Made by a program: the position numbers and the translations under genes
Source: Octopus sinensis
Taxonomy: Eukaryota
NCBI RefSeq assembly: GCF_006345805.1
Contig: NC_043011.1
Span: 48,744,464 to 48,808,463 of the forward strand
DNA: 64,000 bases
Direction of reading: 5' to 3'
Notes under the pieces: model-generated
What the model was told of the DNA's origin: nothing
Seen by the model: only the letters and a program-made list of their open reading frames with translations
Database searches by the model: none
Shown: in pieces, positions 1 to 11,893 of the stretch
How the letters are laid out: each line of letters starts with the position of its first letter
Numbering within the stretch: the stretch's first letter is position 1

Positions 1-275
1 GCCAGCCTCGTCTGGCCCCCCGTGCCGGTGGCACGTAAAAAGCACCATCCGATCATGGCCGTTTGTCAGCCTCGTCTGGCACCTGTGCAGGTGGCACATA
101 AAAAGCACCCACTACACTCACGGACTGGTTGGCATTAGGAAGGGCATCCAGCTGTAGAAACACTGCCAGATCAGACTGGGCCTGGTGCAGCCTTCTGGCT
201 TCCCAGACCCCAGCTGAACCGTCCAACCCATTCTAGCATGGAAAACGGACGTTAAACGATGATGATGATGATGAT
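1..275 (+). mobile_element. Family D: 3' end of RTE-type LINE/LINE-derived element, cut by window start
   Basis: 63-bp units (gtgccggtggcacgtaaaaagcacc), then ggttggcattaggaagggcatccagctgtagaaa...ggacgttaaac(gat)n; many copies in window. Confidence 0.8.
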
Positions 276-305
276 ATATATGTGTGTGTAGATATATGTA
301 TATAT

Positions 306-615
306 AGTGGCTGTGTGATAAGATACTTGATTCCCAACAAGGTCCAGAGTTCCCCCCCCCACTGTGTGGCACTTTGGGGTAACCGAAGCCTTGTGAGTGG
401 ATTTAGTAGACAGAAACTGAAAGAAGTCCATCATGTATATATATATATGTATGTATATGTTTGTGTGTCTGTGTTTGCCACCCACCATCATTGCTTGACA
501 ACCAATGTTGGGATGCTTATATCCCTGTAACTTAGATCCACAGTAAAAGAGACCATTAGAATAAGTATTAGGCTTACAAAAATTAAGTCCTGGGATAGAT
601 TTGCTCGGCTAAAAG
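306..615 (+). mobile_element. SINE-A, degenerate
   Basis: Aligns by eye to intact copy at 19114-19540. Confidence 0.75.
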
Positions 616-629
616 TAGTACTCTGTATG

Positions 630-830
630 TAAAGATAGATAGACTGACAGGTAGGCCAACAGATAGAGAGAGAGAGAGAGAGAGGGACAGATATGAAAAT
701 AAATATAGAAAAACTGACAGATGGACAGATAGATAGAGAGAGAGAGACGGAATGATGGACAGACGGAAGGATGGATGGATAGAAAGATAGATAGATAGAA
801 AAAAGTAGATAAATAGATGGATAGATGAAT
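630..830. repeat. (GATA)/(GGAT)/(GA) compound microsatellite
   Basis: Direct reading. Confidence 0.85.
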
Positions 831-1442
831 ATAACCGTAGGTTTTGTGCGAATCTATTATGTACCTCCATTTATATAGCTTCCTAGTCACATCAGCACTC
901 ACCACCCGTCCATATGTACTACAAAAATGACTTCGAAACACAAAAATGACATTGTTACAAATATTTGATTGTGGCCCTCAATCTAATCAACCTAAGTATC
1001 CTGACACGCACATATTGCCAGATATGCAATTTATTAAAGTGGCTTGCCACATTGCAAACATCAGTCACATGGTTCCAAGGGACTTTACTTGTTCCATAAA
1101 GGAAATAGTACCCCACCCATCAGTTGCAGTAGGTTTATATTTGTATATTTGTGGCCAAGAGGAAAATGCATTTTGTAATGCATAGAATATTGTCCTACTT
1201 TTTCTTCCTTTCTTATTAAATAAAAATGTCCAGTAGACTGGCATTTAATTTTGTTACAAAATTTTGCCAATATATATTTTCTTGGACATGTTCGTATTCA
1301 AAATTTGCCTGTTGTTGCAGACAAATGTGAAACTATTGGCATGTGCACTCATTTCTTTATTTGGCAAGGAAAATATTCATCTGACCATAGAAACCAATGC
1401 CAAAGTAGAATATAGGGCTTGGCGCAATCTTCTGACTTATCA

Positions 1443-1667
1443 GATGATGATGATGATGAAGATGATGGCGATGACAACAACAACAATGATGATGATGATG
1501 ATGATGTTGATGATGATGATGATGATGATGATGCTGACGCTGATGACGATAATGATGCTGCTGCTGCTGATGCTGATGATGAGGATGACAATGGTGATGA
1601 TGGTGATCATGATGGTGATGATGACAACAATGATGATGATGAGGGTGATGATGATGATGATGATGAC
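1443..1667. repeat. Imperfect (GAT)n microsatellite
   Basis: Direct reading; source of the poly-Met/Asp/His ORFs. Confidence 0.95.
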
Positions 1668-1935
1668 AAATGCTTGTTTCTAGACTTTTAGTTATCATCC
1701 CTTGTTTCATACAGGCTCTGATTGATATAAAACATGCCATATGTAAATCCCATATAAAAAAAAACAAAAAAACTGGAAATGTTTATCACATAGGATACAT
1801 GAATTTCAGAGAAATATGTCCCATGTATCACATGTGAAACACAGGACAAGCAAAGGATTAAGAACTTTATAACAGACATACAGGAATTATCATTGTTTTT
1901 TGCAAAAATGATAGTATTTTGTTCAATATGTTTAC

Positions 1936-2643
1936 TTAACCCTTTTGTTACCAACCCAGCTGAAACCGGCTCTGGCTCTGAGTACAAATATCTTGTTTTC
2001 ATAAGTTTTGAATTAAAATCTTCCACCAATCCTTAGTCACAATTTATGTTCCTAACACTAGCTGAATGATAACAAAGTTATTTTACTCAATTCTTCGTTA
2101 TATTTAAAGTAATTGAAAGAAACACAGAGCATCTCAACAGAAATATGGTAAAAAAAGGGTTAACAAACGATTAATTTAACCCTTTGAATACCAACCCGGC
2201 TGAAACCAGCTCTGGCTCTGAGTACAAATATTTTGTTTTCATAAGTTTTGAATTAAAATCTTCCACCAATCCTTAGTCACAATTTATATTCCTAACAGTA
2301 GCTGAATGATAACAAAATTATTTTACTAAATTCTTCGTTATATTTAAAGTAATTGAAAGAAACACAGAGCATCTCAACAGAAATATGGTAACAAAAGGGT
2401 TAACAAATGATTAATTTAACCCTTGAATACCAACCCGGCTGAAACCAGCTCTGGCTCTGTAGTACAAATGTCTTGTTTTCGTAAGTTTTGAATTAAAATC
2501 TTCCACAAAACCTTAGTCACAATTAATGTTCCTAACACTAGCTTAATGATAACTAAGTTATTTTACTAAATTCTTTACCATATTTAAAGTAATTGAAAGA
2601 AGCACAGAGCATCTCAAAATAAATACAGTAACGAAAGGGTTGA
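1936..2643. mobile_element. Three tandem copies (240-bp period) of a TTAA-CCCTTT...AAAGGG-TTAA MITE (piggyBac-like termini)
   Basis: Copies at 1936-2163, 2176-2403 and 2416-2643; TIR ttaaccctt..gttacc / ggtaac..aagggttaa; 12-bp spacer caaa(c/t)gattaat. Confidence 0.85.
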
Positions 2644-3030
2644 ACTTTTGTGCCTTTTCTGTGCAAAAGACAGGAGGGTTCTTTGCCCTGTTTTGGAGGC
2701 TTGTTTTGTTGACATGTTCGTGTTGAGTATCAGACTTACAAAAAACGTTTTTCAAAATGTCTTCTCTCTCTCTTTTTTTTTTTTTTTTTTACTTAGTATG
2801 TATTTATGTTGTTGAATTGATTATAAACAAATTACAAAAAAAAAATATCATCCTAATTTGGAAAATTGGCAGAATTGGGAAAAAGATGCTTTGTAAAGGT
2901 AAGAAACAGCAACAAGAACAGCATAAACAACCAGGCAGAAAATGAGAATGAGATGGTGATGAGGAAGGAGAAGGCGAAATAAAGAAACTAGAACAAAAAG
3001 TTAGAATAGGAAAAAGAATTTATAAGACTG

Positions 3031-3735
3031 AAAGATGATGATGATGAAGAAGAAGAAGAAAAAGAAGAAGAAGAAGAAGAAGAAGAAGAAGAAATGATGA
3101 AGAAGAAGAAGAAGAAGAAGAAGAAGAAGAAGAAGAAGAAGAAGAAGAAGAAATGATGAAGAAGAAGAAGAAGAAGAAGAAGAAGAAAAAGAAGAAGAAG
3201 AAGAAGAAATGAAGAAGAAGAAGAAATGAAGAAGAAGAAGAAATGAAGAAGAAGAAGAAATGAAGAAGAAGAAGAAGAAGAAATGAAGAAGAAGAAGAAG
3301 AAAAGAAGAAGAAGAAGAAATGATGAAGAAGAAGAAGAAAAGAAGACGAAGAAGAAGAAGAAGAAGAAGAAATGATGAAGAAGAAGAAGAAATGATGAAG
3401 AAGAAGAAGAAGAAAAGAAGAAGAAGAAGAAGAAGAAGAAGAAATGATGAAGAAGAAGAAGAAGAAGAAGAAGAAGAAGAAAGAGAAGAAGAAGAAGAAG
3501 AAGAAATGAAGAAGAAGAAGAAGAAGAAGAAGAAGAAGAAGAGAAGACGAAGAAGAAGAAGAAGAAGAAGAAATGATGAAGAAGAAGAAATGATGAAGAA
3601 GAAGAAGAAGAAAGAAGAAGAAGAAGAAGAAAAGAAGAAGAAGAAATGATGAAGAAGAGGAGGAGCAGCAGGATGCAAGAGGGGAAGAGAGGAGGGCAAA
3701 GAGGAGGAGGAGGAGGAGGAGGAAAAGAAGAAGAC
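3031..3735. repeat. (GAA)n with GAAATGAT interruptions, then (GAG)n
   Basis: Direct reading. Confidence 0.95.
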
Positions 3736-4415
3736 AGAGGTTTCTAAAATTTTCCAAAAATGTATTTATGATCAATAAAATTCAAGACTAAAATGAAAGC
3801 ATTAGAGATTAAAAAAAAAAAAAAAAGAAAGACTTCTACAATTCTAAACTGTAATTCAGAGATTAAGTCATATATATCCCCTGTTTGCACTACTGAACAG
3901 CTACCCCTCCCCCCTTTTGTCTGTCTCTCTCTCTCTCTCTCTCCCTCTCTCTCTTCCTCTCTCTCTTCCTGACATAAATCTGGTAGCCGTTTCACCAAGC
4001 TGTTATATTAACTTCATTCTAGCCCATAACAAATGCTGCTTCCTTGCATTCTACAATGACTTATAGCTAAATCCGTAGACTGATATATCCTATTAATAAA
4101 TGTTGTGAAGTTTTAAGTTGATCTCTGCAATTCTAGGACTTTTTTTTTCTCTCTCTCTCTTTTTTTTTTTTTTTTTTACTTAGTATGTATTTATGTTGTT
4201 GAATTGATTATAAACAAATTACAAAAAAAAAATATCATCCTAATTTGGAAAATTGGCAGAATTGGGAAAAAGATGCTTTGTAAGGTAAGAAACAGCAACA
4301 AGAACAGCATAAACAACCAGGCAGAAAATGAGAATGAGATGGTGATGAGGAAGGAGAAGGCGAAATAAGAAACTAGAACAAAAAGTTAGAATAGGAAAAA
4401 GAATTTATAAGACTG

Positions 4416-5360
4416 AAAGATGATGATGATGAAGAAGAAAGAAAAAAGAAGAAGAAGAAGAAAAGAAAAGAAGAAATGATGAAGAGAAGAAGAAAAAGAA
4501 GACGAAGAAGAAGAAGAAGAAGAAGAAATGATAAGAAGAAGAAGAAGAGAAAAGAAGAAGAAAAAAGAAGAAGAAGAAGAATGAAGAAGAAGAAATGAAG
4601 AAGAAGAAGAAGAAGAAATGAAGAAGAAGAAGAAGAAAGAAGAAGAAGAAATGATGAAGAAGAAGAAGAATAAGAAGAAGAAGAAAAGAAGAAGAAGAAA
4701 TGATGAAGAAGAAAAAGAAGAGAAGAAGAAGAAAAGAGAAGAAGAAGAAGAAATGAAGAAGAAGAAGAAGAAGAAGAAGAAGAAGAAATGAGAAGAAGAA
4801 GAAGAAAAGAAAAGAAGAAGAAATGATGAAGAAGAAGAAGAAGAGAAGAAGAAGAAGAAGAAGAAGAAAGATGAAGAAGAAGAAGAAGAAAGGAAGAAGA
4901 AGAAAGGAAGAAGAAAAGAAGAAGAAAGAAGAAGAAGAAGAAGAAATGATGAAGAAGAGAAGAAAAAGAAGAAGAGAAGAAGAAGAAGAAGAAATGATGA
5001 AGAAGAAGAAGAAAAAAGAGAAGAAGAAGAAAAGAAGAAGAAGAAGAAGAAGAAGAAAAAGAAGAGAAGAAGAAGAAAAGAAAAGAAGAAGAAGAAGAAT
5101 GAAGAAGAAAAAGAAGAGAAAAGAAGAAGAAGAGAAATGATGAGAAGAAGAAGAAAAGAAGACGAAGAAGAAGAAGAAAAGAAGAAATGATGAAGAGAAG
5201 AAGAAGAAAGGAAGAAGAAGAAAGAAGAAGAAGAAGAAAAGAGAAGAAGAAGAAGAAAAAGAAGAAGAAATGATGAAGAAGAGGAGGAGCAGCAGGATGC
5301 AAGAGGGGAAGAGAGGAGGGCAAAGAGGAGGAGGAGGAGGAGGAGGAAAAGAAGAAGACA
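4416..5360. repeat. (GAA)n tract, second copy, longer and with many 1-bp indels
   Basis: Direct reading. Confidence 0.95.
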
Positions 5361-6162
5361 GAGGTTTCTAAAATTTTCCAAAAATGTATTTATGATCAAT
5401 AAAATTCAAGACTAAAATGAAAGCATTAGAGATTAAAAAAAAAAAAGAAAGACTTCTACAATTCTAAACTGTAATTCAGAGATTAAGTCATATATATCCC
5501 CTGTTTGCACTACTGAACAGCTACCCCTCCCCCTTTTGTCTGTCTCTCTCTCTCTCTCTCTCCCTCTCTCTCTTCCTCTCTCTCTTCCTGACATAAATCT
5601 GGTAGCCGTTTCACCAAGCTGTTATATTAACTTCATTCTAGCCCATAACAAATGCTGCTTCCTTGCATTCTACAATGACTTATAGCTAAATCCGTAGACT
5701 GATATATCCTATTAATAAATGTTGTGAAGTTTTAAGTTGATCTCTGCAATTCTTGGACTTTTTTTTTCTCTCTCTCTCTCTCTTTCCTCTTTTTTTTTTT
5801 TTTTCCATGAATGGGCTAAATTATTTTGACTGGTGTATAAATGATAGAGATAAGAAGATGGCTTATTTCACGTTCTTATAACATCTTTAATCTTGTCTAA
5901 AACTTAAAAGTACTTTCATCTTTCTAATTGGAGTGGAAAAACAACCCAAGAAAACTTTGTTTTTCACGATATTCTCATAAAGTTACACATAAACTATTCC
6001 GTGTTTACAACTTGAAGAGTTCCTGTTTTACTTTCATGCTGCTGGCGTGGCTGTGTGGTAAGAAACTTGCTTTCCAGCCACATGGTTCTGGGTTCAGTCC
6101 CATAGCATGACACCTTGAGCAAGTGTCTTTTCCATTAGATTCAAGCTAACAAAAGCTTTGTG

Positions 6163-6548
6163 CAGTTCTATATTTAAGGGATGAGGAATTATGTACATTA
6201 TTTACATTATTTACATTTTATGGATATTTGTCCTCATCTTGTTTGTTGTTAACACAACGTTTTGGCTGATATACCCTCCAGCCACTATGACATATGCCCA
6301 TGGGCATATGGCATAGTGGTTAAGAGTGCAGGCTGCTAACCCCAAGATTCCGACTTCAATTCCAAACAGTGACCTGAATATTAATAATAATAATCATAAC
6401 AATGAAAAATACCTTAGGAATGGGAACCCAGGTTCGAAACTTCCCAAAGACACCTGAAGAAGGTTGGAGGATATATCAGCTGAAACATTGTGTTAACAAC
6501 AAACAAGACGAAGACAAATATCCGTCAAATGTAAATAATGTAAATAAA
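6163..6548. mobile_element. Fold-back non-autonomous element: inverted dimer of tRNA-like head + hammerhead-like motif (Penelope-like)
   Basis: 12-bp TSD aaaagctttgtg (6151-6162 / 6549-6560); central palindrome 6282-6319; outer arms complementary; second copy at 41996. Confidence 0.85.
6449..6494 (+). ncRNA. Minimal type-I hammerhead ribozyme-like motif
   Basis: gacac CTGAAGA a ggttg-gaggatatat-cagct GAAA c att gtgtt: both core boxes, stem I gacac/gtgtt, stem II; activity untested. Confidence 0.6.
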
Positions 6549-8699
6549 AAAAGCTTTGTGAGTGGATTAGATAGACAGGGACTGAAAGAAGCCCATCATA
6601 TATATATTTCTCTGTTGCTTCTGTCCCTCTGCCCTTCGTGACTTTTTCTCTCTCCTCCCACTATCACATGACCTGTGACCAGCTAAACCTCTCTCATCCT
6701 TTTTTCAGTTTTGCTGTCGACCAGGTCAGTCATGCTTCTTTCCACTCCTACACCTTTTTCCTACACAGGTTGCTGACTTCTTCCTTCATCTAGACTTTCC
6801 ATCTGCCCCTCTCTCATCTCTAGTCCTACCGCACATTTTCATTTTCTTTTGCATTACCCCATGTTCATCTGCCTGGCAGCTACGTGGCTTTTCTTTTTTT
6901 TTTTTGTATATGTATGACTATTATAATTATTTCATTTTGTCATGTCTGTTTACATCATTGCTCTGGACATTCATTAGCCATTCACAGTGGCTTTTTGCCA
7001 CTGGAAACTACCAAAGTGAAAATATCAATGATAAAAGGCAAATGAACTGGGATTAATCCATACCAAAAACTCCAGGTCTATAAACAGTGAAATATTGCAG
7101 TAAATGTTTCTTGTGTAATCTGAAGTCTGCCCTGACAAAACATCCTAAGATCAAAGGCATTCCAACCATGATCATCCCATCGTTCTCTCAAACACTGAGG
7201 AACTAGGACTACTTTATACTGTATTGTGTTCTGTCTTTATTAAACAAGGTTGTATATAATGTGAGAAAGATTTGGCTAACATTTCTAGCAGATCCAGTGA
7301 CCATGTAGAGGCTCGACTCATTTGTTGGCTAATATCGTAATACATTAAACATGATTCTGTAGTGATATGATTGAAAGGAACTTAGCTCTTTTATTCTAAC
7401 CAGCTGAGTCACAATCTTTAATTTGCAACATACTATTAGTTAAGATAAGTAAACGGTAGTTTAGGAAAGCCCACATATATATGTGTGTGTAACTGTAGTT
7501 GTATGTAATGAAGTCAACACAAAGATTGATTACCAGCCTAGAAGTAGACAGACAGGCTTGGCATAGCTGACCCAGTCCACTTAACTCTGAATAAATATAA
7601 TTATACAAAACAGTTCATCACTAAACAGACAGGAGCACAATAACTTTGTTCTGCGTTTCCTTAGCCTGCAGCACCACTGAATTCCTCAAACTCTTCGAAT
7701 AATATAACTTGGTGAAAGATGACATCAGCCAAACTGACTTATAACTATAATGCAAATATCTCTTAAGCTCTGGTCATAGCTTTTACAGATCAGCACTTGG
7801 CTGTTGTTGCAAGGCAATAAATTGATAAGAAATAAATCATTCTTCTGGATAGAAAGCCAATCTACTGCAGGCAACATTCTGCTCGTAATCTCATTCTTAT
7901 TCCCAAATGTTTGATCAAGGAAGAGATGCAACGTAGAATAAATTATTCTGATTATAATAAACAGAACAAAATGCTTGCAGTTGATTAGAACTCGTGTACT
8001 CATTTTAACTCAAGGCATAAAAGCAAAAGTCTCCAAACAGTTCTCTTAAATATCCAATTGTTTATCAGACACAGAGCAAATATGCAGTGGTTAGTTCAAT
8101 AGTGTAGAGTGACCAAGTGTACAAAAAAAAAAAAAACAACCTAGATGGTCTTGATACTATGGGAAATAAGGTAATAAATTAGAAAAATTCATTATGAAAT
8201 GGTGAGAAACATGTTTATCACAGTTTCTATTCTAGGTTAATTATCAATATTGTTCTTGTGTCAACAATATGTCAGACAAATGAAAGATACGATAAATATA
8301 AATTTTTTTCTTAAAAGGAGAAAAAAAAAAAAAAGACAAGAATTAAATGTTAACTCTTTGTTTATCATGATTCATGTTGGAGTTTTATTTTTTTTTTTTA
8401 AACTTTTCCTCTGAGAAAAAAAAAAAAAAATGAGAGAGGAAACTTCTGTACTTAGATATTATTTTTTTTTATTTTCTTATTGGTGATGTTGGCATTGCTG
8501 TTGTTGCTGCTGCAGACACCTCACAGCAATAAGAGTGATTTTCTTGCAAAACAGTCATCTATTTTTACTTCCAAGAAGAATACAAGAATCGATCTTTTAG
8601 AAAGCAATATGTTGTCGAAATATTCTTCATCGCATGTAGGTAGATGTACGTTTCCTCAGACAGGAATTCTCCACTACACACTCACACATGCAAACATAC

Positions 8700-8757
8700 A
8701 TTTCTATGTATCTATTTCTATCTATATATATATATACATACATATATATATATATAT

Positions 8758-8809
<52 letters not shown>

Positions 8810-8900
8810 CAAATATATACATATATATGTATATACACACACACAAACACTTATATATATATATAAATATATGTATATATGTATGCACATACACACACAT
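8700..8900. repeat. (TA)n/(CA)n compound microsatellite
   Basis: Direct reading. Confidence 0.9.
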
Positions 8901-9129
8901 TAAATGTTTACTTCACTAAATTTAGGTCAAATGAAATGTGTTACTTCCATAAACAGTACTCCAGACAAAATATGAGAGTAAATTTCCATGTTTATCTAAA
9001 GGTTTGATTTAACCACTGGCCATCCTCAGCTGTCTGAGGATAACCAGGACTTCAAAGGATTGGAGTGTAAGCTTTTAAATAAAATACACACACGCACAAA
9101 CACACACAAGTACGTAAATCTTTATAAAG

Positions 9130-9432
9130 GACCCCCCTTCAGTCATGAATGACCATGAGATTGCACCTAGTAAGTTCCCCTCCGAGGCACAAGTCTGGGC
9201 AATTTTGTTTATGGAAGACCAGGAGTCACCCATGCATAAAAGTCTCCTCTCTACATGCCACTGGTGTTGTCCAAGGGAAAGGCAAAGGCTGATACAGCTT
9301 GGCTGTCACAACTCATTTCTATGGCTGAGTGAACTGGAGCAACATGAAATAAAGTGTCATGCAGCCTGGTCTAGGAATCGAAATCACTGCCTCAAGATTA
9401 TGAGCCCAGCCCTCGAACCACTAAGCCATGCA
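9130..9432 (-). mobile_element. SINE-B
   Basis: Reverse complement of the 9945-10289 copy with internal deletions. Confidence 0.85.
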
Positions 9433-9925
9433 GTATATAAGGTGAGATCTATAATAAACTTGTAATTGTTTTCTATACATATTTTTTTTGTTATAACAGC
9501 CACTCCTATAAAAGGAGAAAAAAGAAAAAAAGAAAAATGGGACATCAACTGCGGTTGGTGATACACTGCCGGCATATCCCGAAGCCAGATTTTGGGGTCG
9601 ATGTAATCAACTTAAACTCATTGTTTGTCCCCTCTTGTATAGCCACCCCCTGTGGGCAATAAAGCAAGATAATAAAGGGAAGATCAAATAAATAATATGT
9701 GTTTAATTGACAAAAGATGACCATTCTAATAAATAACAATAATTATATTTTTTTTTATATTATCATATTTTTTATACTGTATTGTATTTATATATTTGTG
9801 TCCTGATTTTTGGGCAATGAATTGACCTGCTGTTCTTCTCTAATATAAAATTAATCAGTCTCTTTAATTATGCATTTTTATATCTTTCTATTCTTCATGA
9901 TTTTCTTCCGGTATATTTTTTTATT

Positions 9926-10610
9926 GTGAAGGTGCATGGTTCAGAAGTGAAGGCGCATGGCTCAGTGGTTAGAGCATCGAGCTTACGATCGTGAGGTTGT
10001 GAGCTCGAATCCCGGACCGGGCTGCGTGTTGTGTTTTTGAGCAAGGCACTTTATTTCACGTTGCTCCAGTTCACTCAGCTGTAGAAATGAGTTGCGATGT
10101 CACTGGTGCCAAGCTGTATCGACCTTTGTATTTCCCTTAGATAACACTGGTGGTGTGGAGAGGGGAGGCCGTATGCATGGGCGACTGCTGGCTTTCCATA
10201 AACAACCTTGCCCGGACTTGTGCCTGGGAGGGTAACTTTCTAGGTGCAATCCCATGGTCATTCATGACCGAAGGGGGTAGAAAAAAAAAGCATGGTTCAG
10301 TGGTTAAAGCATCAGGCTCACAATCATGAGGTAGTGAGTTTGATTCTGGGACTGGTCTATGCGATGTGTTCTTGAGTAAGACACTTTATTTCACATTGCG
10401 CCAGTCCACTTGGCGGTAGAAATGAGTTACGATGTCACTGGTGCCAAGCTGTATCAGCCTTTGCCTTTCCCTTGGCATGGAGAGTGGAAGATGGTATGCA
10501 TGGGTGACTGCTGGTCTTCCACAAACAACCTTGCCTGGGTTTGTGCCTTGGAGGGTAACCTTTTAGGCGCAATCCAATGGTCATTCATGACTAAAAGTGG
10601 GGCTTTATCC
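9926..10610 (+). mobile_element. Older SINE-B interrupted in its A box by the 9945-10289 copy
   Basis: Head gtgaaggtgcatggttcag at 9926-9944 continues at 10290. Confidence 0.8.
9945..10289 (+). mobile_element. SINE-B, young full-length tRNA-derived copy with CORE-like centre and A-tail
   Basis: A box tggctcagtgg, B-box-like gagctcgaatccc, ttgagcaaggcactttatttcacgttgctccagttcactcagctgtagaaatg; 11-bp TSD gcatggttcag. Confidence 0.9.
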
Positions 10611-11354
10611 TTTAGCTTTGATCCAGCATATCAGTGTATCTAAGGTGTCCAACAAGTCTTTTATTCTGACATAATATACTAGTTTCAAATTCTGGCACAA
10701 AGCCAGCAATTTTGGAGTGGCGGTACACTGATTACACCAGCCATCAATTACATGAAGTGCTTATCTGGCATTTCATGACCAAAGGGGTCTTTATATATTT
10801 AATCTTCATTCTTCCTTCCATTTTTTTATATCACCTTTCTTCCTTACATCTTACTTCTGACTTACCTTTTTCCCCTTAAATAATGCCCTTTGTAGATACT
10901 ATTATGTTGCTACTACCCTAAGTTAAATACCGATCTCTTTGCACAGATAGTTATCCACTTTTGATATCCCTAGTCACGCCTAAGTTATTATGCCCGGTAC
11001 CACAATCAATTTATCTCCTATTATACAAGACAGTCTGTCATTTCAATCAATTTACTTTGCACCTTTCTATCGACATGTCAAAGTGATTAATTTCATGGTG
11101 TGATATTCTAAGCTATTCCCACTTATTCTCTTTATAAAGGTATTCATCAAAATGCAAGCATAGCGCCTCTCATCCACCTTCACAATTGGATCACAGAATT
11201 AGGCTCCATTTAATGCCACATGAAATTACATAATCATTGTTTATATTAATTGCAGCATGTTAAATGATTTATTTATTCTATCTGTTAGTGAAACTGTAGC
11301 CAGTTAATAAATGCAATGCCAATAACAACGTCCTCATATTTATATATATATATA

Positions 11355-11490
11355 CAGTAAATCCCAAAAAGAAGAACAAACACAAAAAAACAACAGCATG
11401 AGGACTTGGTACATGTAAAGTATTAGCAGACACTCAGGGAAGGAAAGAAAGATGGTTTAACATTTCAAGCAGACACACTTCTTCAGGAGA
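11355..11490 (-). mobile_element. Degenerate copy of the hammerhead-containing repeat seen at 61510-61945
   Basis: Reverse complement reads ctgaagaag...cttgaaatgttaaaccatctttctttccttccctgag. Confidence 0.55.
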
Positions 11491-11537
11491 GAGAGAGAAC
11501 AAAGTTATTTTACTCTATGCAGGTAGAAATATATGAA

Positions 11538-11893
11538 TCATCATTATCATCATCATCTAACGTCCGTTCTCCATGCTAGCATGAGTTGGACGGTTCGACC
11601 GGGGTCTGGGAAGCCAGGAGGCTGCACCAGGCTCCAGTCTGATCTGGCAGTGTTTCTACAGCTGGTTGCCCTTCCTAACGCCAACCACTCCGTGAGAGTA
11701 GTGGGTGCTTTTTGCGTACCACCTGCACAGGTACCATACGAGGCTGGCAAACACCCACAATCGGTTGGTGCTTTTTACGTGCCACTGGCACAGAAGCCAG
11801 TCAAGGCGGTGCTGGCATCGGCCACGTTCAGATGGTGCTTTTTATGCGCCACCAGCACAGAAGCCAGTCAAGGCGGCGCAGGCATCGGCCACA
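11538..11893 (-). mobile_element. Family D with internal tandem units
   Basis: (cat)n ctaacgtccg...tttctacagctgg...ggtgctttttacgtgccac repeats. Confidence 0.85.

Larger units (their letters stand above)
2762..5780. repeat. Near-identical tandem duplication (about 2762-4150 and 4148-5780), each copy with a long (GAA)n tract
   Basis: Unique flanks repeated almost exactly (ttacttagtatgtatttatg at about 2790 and 4176; gatctctgcaattct at about 4120 and 5739). Confidence 0.95.
6044..6600 (+). mobile_element. SINE-A 5' half, split by the fold-back element
   Basis: tggctgtgtggtaag...ggttcagtccc...caccttgagcaagtgtc; resumes at aaagctttgtgagtggat after 6548. Confidence 0.8.

Noticed and set aside
1264-1767. 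Poly-Met/Asp/His ORFs (also 24532-25160 and 57620-58403)
   Set aside because: Translations of (GAT)n; open in several frames only because of the repeat; no splice or domain evidence.
3001-5399. Long Phe/Ser/Leu and Lys/Arg/Glu ORFs
   Set aside because: Produced by (GAA)n; the frame is not preserved between the duplicate copies.
9951-10025. Possible tRNA genes (also 6302-6370, 36370-36442 and 62632-62705)
   Set aside because: They continue directly into SINE bodies and lack a proper acceptor stem and terminator, so they are SINE heads.
11055-11200. Possible very old LINE RT remnant (LSIDMSK..KMQA); similar hint at 7630-7900
   Set aside because: Too degenerate to support by eye; needs a frameshift-aware translated search.
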